A DNA stretch of 64,000 nt, from NCBI RefSeq assembly GCF_006345805.1, contig NC_043003.1, positions 42,718,001-42,782,000 on the forward strand, read 5' to 3'. The notes under the pieces were generated by a model that was given only the letters and a program-made list of their open reading frames with translations, made no database searches and was not told the DNA's origin. This DNA is from Octopus sinensis (taxonomy: Eukaryota). The translations under genes and the position numbers were made by a program. Shown here in pieces: positions 52,611 to 64,000 of this stretch (the stretch's first letter is position 1; each line of letters begins with the position of its first letter).

Positions 52611-53288
52611 TATACAATATGTTACATTACTCGGTAGTCAAGATAACACTCTGAGTTTCAGATGCCGAAGTGGAAATCCACAACACCATCTCTTCGGTTA
52701 TTTGGCTATTTGAAAACGTTATGAAAAAATACCGTTAAATAAAGGGAAATTACTCTGTTATAACTCTGCTTGCCTGCGTACTTATACATCGCTCGCATTT
52801 TTCGTCATAAAAATTATGTAAAAATTATATAAAAATACATAAAAAATATATAAAAAAATATAAATTCTTCTTGGGACATAACATAGAAAGCATGTTCTAT
52901 CTGTTTTCTTTAGGGGACCAAAAACGTAACAGAAATGTGACTAAATTTCTGTTACGTTTTTGGTCACCTAAAGAAAACAGATAGAACATGCTTTCTATGT
53001 TATGTCCCAAGAAGAATTTATATATTTTTATATATTTTTTATATATATTTTTTTATATATTTTTATGTATTTTTATATAATTTTTACATAATTTTTATGA
53101 CGAAAAATGCGAGCGATGTATAAGTACGCAGGCAAGCAGAGTTATAACAGAGTAATTTCCCTTTATTTAACGGTATTTTTTCATAACGTTTTCAAATAGC
53201 CAAATAACCGAAGAGATGGTGTTGTGGATTTCCACTTCGGCATCTGAAACTCAGAGTTTTATCTTGACTACCGAGTAATGTAACATAT

Positions 53289-53294
<6 letters not shown>
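52611..53294. repeat. Long palindrome (~330-350-bp arms, 8-bp spacer) built from family P1
   Basis: 52611-52936 versus the reverse complement of 52945-53294; spacer gtgactaa. Confidence 0.93.
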
Positions 53295-53334
<40 letters not shown>

Positions 53335-53543
53335 GAATGAAGAAAATGCTGACAAATAATTGAAGTAATTTAAGTAATTTAATTAGGTGAAAGTTCTTTT
53401 TACCGGTTGCGCATTTGTTATGTATGTATATATACATACATACATATATGCACACATACATACATACATACATACATACATACTACATACATACATACAT
53501 ACATACATACATACATACATACATTATATATATATATAACATA

Positions 53544-53709
53544 CAGTGTACATTTAAACACATTTAAACAAGAGATGGTAAATGTTTTTTTTTTATTTCC
53601 CGTTCCCTTCGAGAATTTATCCCTAATTAGTGGTACGGACTTTAGCTGTTGTTTCTAGCGTAAAGGTTTCCTGTGATGGAAACCTCTTAATGTGTTTAAA
53701 TGTACACTG
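53544..53709. mobile_element. Tc1/mariner-type MITE (166 bp)
   Basis: TA-cagtgtacatttaaacacatt ... aatgtgtttaaatgtacactg-TA: perfect 21-bp TIRs. Confidence 0.7.
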
Positions 53710-53896
53710 TATTAATTATGAATAATATATAGCCTATTGACTAAATTTTTGTTATACGCTAGGCCACTGGTAGCAAAAAATTCTAAAATCTTTATTACCC
53801 CGATATTACCCCGATATACACACACATATACTATATATATATATATATAATATATATATATATATATTATATATATATATAATATATATATATATA

Positions 53897-53932
<36 letters not shown>

Positions 53933-54021
53933 CATTATTATTATTATTATTATTATTATTTTCATGTTTCAGTCATTAGACTGTGGCCATGCTGGCGCAG
54001 ATATATATTCCATGTATATTC

Positions 54022-54333
54022 ATTGCAAATTTTGGCCCACGGCCACCAATTTCTGGGGAGGCATAAGTCGATTACATCGACTCCAAAATAATAAAAGATA
54101 AAGTCAACATCGGTGATATTTTAGAACTCGGAACGGAAGGAGGGACGAAATTTCGCACAAGCTAGCAATTCCGTGGGAATGGCTTTTTGTCGATTAAATT
54201 GACTCCAGTGTTCAATCCGAAAGGAGGAAAGCAAAGTCGACCGCGGCAGAATTTGAACTCGGAACGTAAAGATGAATGAAATGCCGCTAGGTATTTTGCT
54301 CGGTGTGTTAACGATTCTGCCCGCTTGCCACCT
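54022..54333 (-). mobile_element. SINE family A, diverged, partly dimeric
   Basis: Two body remnants; ends cgattctgcccgcttgccacctt. Confidence 0.7.
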
Positions 54334-55178
54334 TTGCATGTATATATATTAATGTGTACTCTCAGTGCTAAGCGTTTTGCCCATCTTACTTACGATTCTG
54401 TAAGCTCGCCGTCTTTGGCCGCCTTAACAAATAATACATGTATATTGATAGAATTTATCACATAACGATTACCTGAAATATATAAAGTGTATATGTGTGC
54501 GTTTGTACGTGCATGGGCGCATATGTAAGTTTATATGGATGCATAAAAATGCAAAAATAGTTAGACAGGAGAGGTAGATGATAAAGTTTGTGAAGTACCT
54601 ATGTCATTCGGAGTAGTACATTTAATGTTACAGTTAGGCGTCCCCGAGAGAACTAGATAGGTTCTTGGTTTTTATTTATTTATTTATTTGGTTGTTTCTT
54701 GATAAGACTATGGACAAAGTAAAAATGTCAGGTAATGGTAAAGATTTATTTGTTGTGTACGTGTGAGAGTAAAAATATTCAAAAGAGAAAGATGATTCAA
54801 CAAATAACGCTTGATAAAATATGTACAGCGCTGATTGATAATAGCACTGATAGAAATGATTACCCGACTAATTGATAGAAAGTTTTGTAGAATTTTGGCA
54901 GCATTTCAGAATATATAACAAGAGAGTAGCAGAAGGTTACAGCTGTTGAGGTATAGAAGTAGAAATAAATCAGAACAAACAATATATAAGTACAGACACA
55001 TTGAATTCTTACGATTAAAATATTTAACATTATTGATATTACGGGTTAAAAAATAGCCCTTCAAGTTCCTTTAGAGAAAGAGAAAGCAATTCTAATTTCA
55101 TTGCTTTTCTATACACACGGGCACACATACACACACACGCACACACAGTCTCTTAAAACACTAAGCTTAAAGCTCAGC

Positions 55179-55414
55179 ACTCTTTACTCTTTTTACTCTT
55201 TTACTTGTTTCAGTCATTTGACAGTGGCCATGCTGGAGCACCGCCTTTAGTCGAGCAAATCGACTCCAGGACTTATTCTTTGTAAGCCTAGTACTTATTC
55301 TATCAGTCTCTTTTGCCGAACCACTAAGTTACAGGGACGTAAACACACCAGCATCAGTTGTCAAGCGATTTTAGTGGGACAAACACAAACACACAACATA
55401 TACACACTCATACA

Positions 55415-55473
<59 letters not shown>

Positions 55474-55856
55474 TCTTTTATTCTTTTATTCTTTTACTTG
55501 TTTCAGTCATTTTGACTGTGGCCATGCTGGAGCACCGCCTTTAGGCACAAGGCCCAAAATTTTGGGGAAGGGGGCCAGTCGATTAGATCGCTCCCAGTAC
55601 GCAACTTGTACTTAATTTATCGACCCCGAAAAGATGAAAGGTAAAGTTGACCTCAGCTGAATTTGAACTCAGAGCATAAGGACAATATATATACGATGGG
55701 CTTCTTTCTGTTTCCGTCTATCAAATCCACTCATAAGGCTTTGGTCGGCACGAGCCTATAGTAGAAGACACTTGCCCAAGGTGCCATGCAGTGGGACTGA
55801 ACCCGGAGCAATGTGGTTCGTAAGCAAGCTACTTACCACACAGCCACTCCTACGCC
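55179..55856 (-). mobile_element. Composite SINE B / SINE A mosaic
   Basis: B tail 55179-55400, (CA)n, second B tail 55474-55542, A 3' half 55543-55682, B head 55690-55856. Confidence 0.8.
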
Positions 55857-57027
55857 TTGCAATAAAATTTTACTTAGTTGTGAGTTTATGAGAGAAAGAG
55901 CAGCCAATATGACAGGCGACCTTTACGTTGCGAGAGCGCATGAAAAAAGCAAGAAAATTCACCACTAGAATGCCTAACAAATTTCCCTAAATTTAGGCCC
56001 CTGTACATGTACGTGCTCCACGCGTTCGAAAGAAAAATTGAAAAAGCGTCTTTTTCCTGTAAAATATGTGTGGGGAAAATAAAAGAACCGGGTTAATTAC
56101 AATCAGCTGGAAATCGTTTTAACGTTCCAATGAGGAAATATTTTCTAACAGTATCATAAGTGATAAAGCTATATTGAAACAACAGCCATTGCTGGTAGCG
56201 ACAGGAGCGTTACTGCAACTCCGATAAGCATATCAATATCACTTTGGATATTAAAGCAACGTTGGCCATTTTTACTTCTTCGATAAGAAGTCCGTCATTC
56301 ATCGCATGTATGATATATATGGTGAGACACTCAAGATTTGCATGGATTTTGTGAGATGTTTAACGGGGAGAGTGCGAAGTAAGCAGCCAGAGGCAGGGAA
56401 AATAAAAACTTCTATAGAGCAGCAGGACAACGTAACTGCACTACAGCCATTCATTATTTATAGCTTTTGCCAATGTGTGACGCAGTTCATACGTTACCTA
56501 TCCGGTTTTCTGGAAATTGATACAGTAAGCATTTTGGATCTCAAATTTCAAAGATCTATTCTGTAGAGCCTTGGTTTCTGGCAAGAAAAAACTGCTACGA
56601 GAAATCAGAAGTATAACTGAAAAAATATAACAAAAGAAGTACACAAATTGGAAAAAGCGTGACGACAGTGCGTCAAATGTGTTTGTTTGGTGGGGTGGGA
56701 TGTGAAGTATTTTGAAAGGAATACCCCAGGAGAAATTGTAAGATCAGCAAAAATTTTAAAATTTCCATATTACATTATACATCATTGTACACACGCACAT
56801 ACAACATCACTCACACACGCATACATACACACACAACACACGCACACACATACGTCTTATTCGGTAGTGTTGTATACACTCTGTCTCCATAACAATAAAG
56901 ACGGATATTTCTATGAAATCAGTGAAAATACCTATCAGGCCCTGGTGCAATATTAGTCGAAACGATCGTAGTGCTTCTGAATAAAAGATCTTGTGATTTT
57001 CCTTTCTTCCCTCTTTCTCTCTCTCTG

Positions 57028-57064
<37 letters not shown>

Positions 57065-57564
57065 GAGAGAGATAAATAGATAGATAAATAGATAAATACA
57101 CACAGCCAAATAAACGAGAAGTTGTATATATACACATATGCATATCTGTGTGTACTCATAGAGAGCAACAGATATATTATACCTGAACAGAAGTATATAA
57201 AGTATTCGTACGTCAGTAGACAGAACTATAAACTTCGGATATGAATGTCAACTAGTCTATTTGTTAATCACTGGCATCATAATTATTTCAGATAGTGATG
57301 ATATTGTTAATGATGTTCAGAACGACTATGGCTCTGAGTAGGATGATATTTGTTCATAATGTGGACGGTGTGAGGTCAGTGGTGATGGTAGTGCTATAAG
57401 ACACAATGATGATGATGATGATGTTGATGATCTTAATTGTCTATTTAGTGTTTATTACGAGATTGAAGGATAATTGTCTCGTTAATCTAGTAATTTTCTC
57501 ATTAATCTCCCATTGCATGTGTGTGTATTCGCCTATACGTATATACGTACATGTATGTGTGTGT

Positions 57565-57722
57565 GTATCATGGCTGGATTTTGAGTAGTTTGATTCTAAA
57601 CCACACGCTTCTCGGTTCAATCACACTACATGGGATTCAGAGCAAGCGTCTTCCAGTATAACCCCGAGCCAACTAGACTTGTGAGTGTATTTGGTAAATG
57701 GGACCTGGAAAAAGACCGTCAC
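57565..57722 (+). mobile_element. SINE family B 5' half, old
   Basis: cttgtgagtgtatttggtaaatgggacctggaaaaagaccgtc. Confidence 0.6.
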
Positions 57723-57765
<43 letters not shown>

Positions 57766-57784
57766 TATATACACACACACATAT

Positions 57785-58002
57785 ATTGTTTTATTCTTTT
57801 ACTTGTTTCAGTCATTTGACTGCAGCCATGCTGGAGTACTGTCTTAAACAGTGTTAGTCGAAGAAAACGATCCCAGAACTTATTCTTTGTAAGCCTAGTG
57901 CTTATTCTTTCGGTCTCTTTTGCCGAACCGCTAAATACAGGGACATAAATCAACAGGGTTCGATTGTCAAGCGATGGTAGGGGAGAAAAACACAGCCACA
58001 TG

Positions 58003-58059
<57 letters not shown>

Positions 58060-58190
58060 CGACGGGCTTCTTCCAGTTTCCGTCTGCCAAATTCATTCAA
58101 AAGCCTTTGGTCTGCCTGAAGCTATTGCCTAAGTTGCCACGGAGTGGAACTGAATCCGTAACAATGTGGTTGGGAAGCAAGCTTCTTACC
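57785..58190 (-). mobile_element. SINE family B
   Basis: cttgtttcagtcatttgactgcagccatgctggag tail ... acgacgggcttcttccagtttccgtctgccaaa. Confidence 0.85.
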
Positions 58191-58464
58191 ATGGGTCAAT
58201 GTGCATGGTTTCGTCCCCATCCACTGTTTGACAGCCGGTATTGGTTTGTTTACTACCATACTACCACGTAAATTACCTATTCGTCAAAAAAGAATCAGAC
58301 TTTAAAAAAATCACCGGGTTCCATTTGTTCGACGAAACGTTTTATGGCGATGCCGAAGCACGGCCGTAAAGATATGTATATATTTATATGTATGTATACA
58401 CACACCCACATGCACATATATGCATGCATATACAAACATATACATTGACATATATATGTATGTG

Positions 58465-58534
<70 letters not shown>

Positions 58535-58544
58535 TATATAAACT

Positions 58545-58700
58545 ACAAGGTATTATTATGTCTGGGGAGAGTCATTCTTTTAGTGATTTATTAATTTAAC
58601 ACACACACTGGTCCGATTCGCACTCATTTACTTATATATTTTTACTAAAATTTTCGTTGCGTCTTGCAACCTTTTCAATAATCGTTGAATCTGTCCGCTA
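58545..58700 (-). mobile_element. Short repeat family P4 with minimal hammerhead motif
   Basis: Homologous to 59665-59810; motif at 58644-58683. Confidence 0.55.
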
Positions 58701-59435
58701 TCGGAACTGCGTTCTTTTCTCTCCCATACACAATATACTTCACAAATATGCTTCAACACACGAATTCACATAAAGAGTCTTGCAAACTAAATAAAACAAC
58801 GGAACACACACACACACATACATACACATTTATAGTACCTCATTATACATACTTATACATATTTATACATACATATATGTATGTAATATATATATGTGTG
58901 TGTGTGTGTGTGTCTATGAATGTATATATGCACGTATGTTGGTGAATTTCTAAAGAGTATATATATATATATAATATATATATATATAGACATACATACA
59001 CACACATATAGGTACACACCTATACTCATATATTGGCTTTTCCGTTTGTTCATCTGCTGTCGATAAAATATTTGAAGTTAGTGCTTGGCACCATGCCAAT
59101 AATTGTCTAGCACTGCTATGATCAAAATAGTTCTGAATGAAATTATTTATTCGTTTAAGAATGCATACTATAGCTACAACGATTATTTATCAATGTGCCC
59201 TTATTTAAAAATGATGGCAGCTTTTATGGGGGAGATAGTTAAGCCACTATTTTTAACTCATGATCCGGCCACACAGTTCTTATTCATTCGTGAATATCTA
59301 TACAACAGTTATGATTTTTCTGTGTAAATTCTGTCGTAGTTTTAGCAGAAAAATACGGAAATGTATGTATGTATTTATATAGATAATGTATATGTGTATA
59401 TACATTTCTATCTATCTATTTATCTATCTATATAT

Positions 59436-59650
59436 CCTTTTCTACTCTAGGCACAAGGCCCGAATTTTTGGAGGAAGGCGACAAGTTGATTAGATTGGCC
59501 CCAGTACGTAAATGGTACTTAATTTATCGACCCCAAAAGATGAAAGGCAAAGTCGATCTCAGCGGAATTTGAACTCAGAACGTTAAGACAGACAAAATAC
59601 TGCTAAGCATTTCGCCCGGCGTGCTAACGTTTCTGCCAGCTCACTGCCTT
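59436..59650 (-). mobile_element. SINE family A monomer
   Basis: ccttttctactctaggcacaaggcc...gtgctaacgtttctgccagctcactgcctt. Confidence 0.88.
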
Positions 59651-59664
59651 ATCTATTTATATAT

Positions 59665-59810
59665 TATTGTGTGTAAGGAGGGTCGTTCCGTTTTAATGCC
59701 TTATTCATTAACATACCGGTTCGAGTTCCACTCATTTACTTACTTATTTTTTCTAAAATTTTCGTTGCTTCTTGCGACCTCTTCAATAGTCATTGACTCT
59801 GTCCGTTATC
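59665..59810 (-). mobile_element. Short repeat family P4, second copy
   Basis: Motif at 59753-59791. Confidence 0.55.
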
Positions 59811-59894
59811 AAAGCTGCGTTCGTTTTGTTTGTTTATTTGTTTGTTTGTTTGTGCTCATGTATGTGCGTCGGAGTGCTTGTGTAAGCATATATG

Positions 59895-59928
<34 letters not shown>

Positions 59929-60145
59929 TGTATGTATGTATGTATGTATGTATGTATGTATGTATGTATGCGTATGTGTGTATGTATATATATATGTATA
60001 TGTGTGTGTGTACTTTTGCATGTATATATTCTGCATAGTCATGTGTTTGTGTGTCCATCTTTGTGCGTTTGTATGTGTCTCTTTATGTGTAAGTGGGTTT
60101 GTGTGACTATATATATATATATGTGTGTGTGTATGTGTATATACG

Positions 60146-60214
<69 letters not shown>

Positions 60215-60719
60215 GTCGTGGTGCTATTGTTATCAGTGACTAGGGGCAACGCCAGGGTTCATTGCTAGTCTGTGTGTGTGTGTGCGTATATATGTTTCTA
60301 TGTCTGTCTGTCTGTATGGATGTATGTATGTATGTTTGTATGTATGTATGTATGTATGTATGTATGTTTGTATGTATGAATCACATTGGCATTTGAATTT
60401 TGCATCAAGGAGAAAGTCAACGTCTGTGTGACTTTACTGAAATTCGATATTTTTTAATTCTAGACAGAAAATCTAAGGAATATTGAAAATATAGGAAACA
60501 CTATAGATGTTGAAAAATGTTACTGATAAAAAAAATCAATCATGTAGAGTAATTATGTAAATAAATACAGTATTTTGAAAAAGAAAAAACCAACAAAGAG
60601 CTTCCAAGACAAAAATTGAAACAGTACCGTTTTATATTTGTTTCTGTATTTGTTAATGTTTTATGCATTTTTATGAAATTAAGAGTATTTGTGAGTTTAT
60701 GTACAAGAAACACTAACTC

Positions 60720-61000
60720 ATATCTCTAGTACATATCAGGGAAATTCCGTCTGTGGGTGTGCTTGTGGAGTTGTTAGCTCACTCATCCTACATCGTTTTA
60801 TCGATTTTGATGAAACTTGACACGTGCATAGAACTCATGTCTAGAAAGCTCATGGCATATTCAGATTGTTGAAAAAATTGATTATAGGGCCCCTGGAAGG
60901 GATCCTTATATATATCTAATATATTTTATTTAAAAACCAAGGGAAATAACCCAGTCGACCCTTGGCGGGATCTTTATAGATAGCCAAGGGAAATAACCCG
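60720..61000. mobile_element. Possible Helentron/HINE-like non-autonomous repeat
   Basis: atcgattttgatgaaacttgacacgtg motif recalled from such elements; direct repeat ccaagggaaataaccc x2. Confidence 0.25.
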
Positions 61001-62166
61001 TTCATTTTCCTAAATTATTTTGTAAAAATGAAATTGAGTTTGCTTATTTCTCAATATTTGAACTGTTGGAGTTATTTTCACAATTCATCCAGTACAACTC
61101 TTAAACAAGTAAATAGTATTTTCCTAAGCAATAGATTCACTTATTTCGGTTAGTGATTTATTCACGAATGTACCAACATTAACGCCCCTGAATGTAATAT
61201 TTTCTGGGAACGCACAATAGCCCATTTGCAGAGTTATATATTTTGAATTGTCATTATCTCATATCTGATTAGTCTGTTACTACGTAACAGGGAGCGAATT
61301 AAAGCCTTTTAGGGAACGAATTAAAGCCTTTATGGGCTACTTTATTTGGATTCTTACTAGCGGGAACTAAATTTATGTTATTACATAACTGACTTCACAA
61401 TTTGGGTATTCATAACTTATTGGGAATTCCTAAAAAGAAGATCCTGCGAAAGACAGTTCAGTATTCTCTGTAAATGCACAAAACCATTTTAAGGGCTACG
61501 TACTTTGTATTGTTGTTATTGGATTAGCGAAACAATTATGAGAACGGTACCAAGGGATAAGCCTCGCTTCCCCGAGAATTACCGGGTACGTCAGCTAGTA
61601 AACATATATATACACGTGCATATCTATCTATATATCTATCTACACACACACGCGCGCGCAGAGAAACACTCACACACACACAGAGAAACACTCACACGCA
61701 CACATATACACACATATGTATGTATGTGACGTTTGAAACAGATCTCCTTCAGAAAAGAGAGAAGTGTCCAGAGAGGACGAGAATAGTCCGAGAAAATCAT
61801 ACTTGTGGGTACATGGCTGTTATTGTTGATGCGTATAGTACAAAGGGTTCTTCTTCTTCCCTTAGCAGAAGGAAGGCAGATGTTTCCCTGCTTGATGGTT
61901 GTGGTAAAAAAGACTGTATGGTTGACCCATCTGAACGGTTTGAAATCGATTCTCTCTAGAGGCCTTCATGTATCAAGAGAGTCACATCTCTATCATCCTC
62001 CCCGCCACTTTTTTTAAAGCCTTCCTATGCTATGCACATGTCCCTTCTTTTTCAGTGTATACCTTGTGTACTTTCTTTCTTTCATTTTTTATCATTTCAA
62101 TATATGTAAATTCCCACACTTTATATCGGTCTTTGGATTGTCTCCCTCATATAAATGTAATCATCA

Positions 62167-62240
<74 letters not shown>

Positions 62241-62721
62241 GAGTGAGAGAGCAGTTCATGCCATCAAAGTGACACTGGGGTAAAATAACGAAGCCCAATA
62301 TACCCATCATGACTACCCGTCTGATAAGGTACACCAGGCACATGCATCACAACCATATGTGCGCGACATGGTAATCTCATATCAAGATAAACAGCACATG
62401 ACCTTGCAGGTGGGGCCCAGTTAGAATTTTCTTCAGGTTGAGTAGCCCATCCTGCTCAAACGGTCCCTGAATAAGGGTTGCTTTAGGATGTTGAACGAAA
62501 CACCTATGTTTCCAGAGGTGAACCATTCAAACTCCAAAGAATCCCTCTCAACACATGGCCATGATGCTCCCCCACTACTCTGCTCGTGATCAGAGATGCA
62601 CATATCGTCAGCCACTAAGGGACATGCTCAACTGGTTAAGGTCAAACAACTGACAAGCAAATCTGTGGTATTGAGCAGAATATTTGCTGTAGCCCATCTT
62701 TTATACCAAGACAAAACAATG
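62241..62721 (-). mobile_element. Non-coding retroposon embedded in (ATT)n
   Basis: (ATT)n on both sides; second copy at 63061-63355 with the same boundary tgagtga.aga.cagt.catgc.atcaaa.tgacactggggtaaaat. Confidence 0.75.
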
Positions 62722-62768
<47 letters not shown>

Positions 62769-62896
62769 CATTATTATATTATTATTATTATTATTATTAT
62801 TATTATGATTATTATTATTATTGTTATCATTATCATCATCATCATTATTATTATTATTAATTATTATTATTATTATCATTATCATCATCATCATCA

Positions 62897-62935
<39 letters not shown>

Positions 62936-63060
62936 ATTATTATTATTATTATTATTGTTGTTGTTGTTATCATTATTATCATTATTATTATTATTATTAT
63001 TATTGTTATCATTATTATCATTATCATTATTATTATTATTGTTATTATTATCATTATTAT

Positions 63061-63355
63061 TGAGTGACAGAACAGTGCATGCTATCAAAATGACACTGGG
63101 GTAAAATATACGAAGCCCAGTATACCCATCATGACAACCTCTGTGATAATGGTACAAGTGGCACATGCATCACAACCATACCTGCGCGACATGGTGATCT
63201 CATATCATGATTAACAGCGCATGACCTTGCAGGTGGGGCCCAGTTAGAATTTTCTTCAGGTCGAGTGGCCCATCTCGCTTAAAATGTCCCTGAATAAGGA
63301 TGTTGAACGAACCACCCATGTTCCCAAAGGTCAATTATCCAAGCCTCAAAGAATA
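63061..63355 (-). mobile_element. Second, truncated copy of the (ATT)n-embedded retroposon
   Basis: Direct alignment by eye with 62241-62545. Confidence 0.75.
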
Positions 63356-63533
63356 TATGACATTAATTTGATGTGGATGGGTAAGATCAAATTATTCAAT
63401 CACAACATATATTCGAATTGAACATGAATAAAATTGAAATATTATCATCTGTATTTTATAAGTTAAAATCTTAACTTATTAATTGACGCATTATTAATTA
63501 TCTTATAATAGCAATGCCTGGAAAAATCATGGA

Positions 63534-63980
63534 TTACATGGGAAAATGCGAGCATGAAAAGAAATATTCTTAAGTTTATAATCCTAGAAAAGTACAGGAC
63601 AAGTTATTACACCCGGAAAAGCATAGAACAGGTTATTACTTCTAGTAAATAATAAGAAACTTTTTACTTAAAAATATTGCAGCTGAAATTAAAATTTGAA
63701 TATGAAAAATTATTTTATTATAGTTAACAAATAATACTATACATATTTAAGTAGAATTTGGCTAACTTACTACCTTAAATACAGAAAAAGTGACTAATTT
63801 GACAAACTTACAAAGAATACTGGCATTCTTTGCTGCAATATGTTAAGTAAAATGTTTCCTATTCTTTACTAGAAGTAATAGCTTGTCCTATACTTTTCCA
63901 GGTGTAATAACTTGTCCTGTACTTTTCCAGGTTTATAATCTTAAGTATATTACATTTCATGCTCGCATTTTCCCATGTAA
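63534..63980. mobile_element. Foldback/MITE-like element with ~150-bp imperfect TIRs containing ~30-bp direct repeats
   Basis: ttacatgggaaaatgcgagcatgaaa...atattgcagc (63534-63683) versus the reverse complement of 63832-63980. Confidence 0.75.
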
Positions 63981-64000
63981 AATATATGTATAAGCGTAGA

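Overview
AT-rich, repeat-saturated eukaryotic DNA with no protein-coding gene I can support. The repeat repertoire suggests a cephalopod, probably Octopus; this is inferred from recognising the repeats, not proven. Most ORF-track entries are translations of microsatellites. The window holds several tRNA-derived SINE families (A-D, my labels; some copies have clear TSDs), three mariner elements, decayed LINE fragments (CR1-type, L1/Tx1-type, R4/Dong-type), MITE/foldback elements, a ~555-bp tandem duplication and long palindromes. The most interesting signal is a set of short non-coding repeats, mostly embedded in (TA)n, that carry hammerhead-ribozyme (HHR) cores. Four families have recognisable cores and a fifth (P2) is more degenerate. 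The 3-8 core pair varies between them (C-G, G-C, U-A, U.G) and stem III is often a short palindrome, as in the minimal dimeric HHRs of Penelope-like elements and retrozymes. A few splice-site-bounded exon candidates are reported at low confidence. All structures were folded and aligned by eye, and element boundaries are approximate unless a TSD or TIR is quoted.
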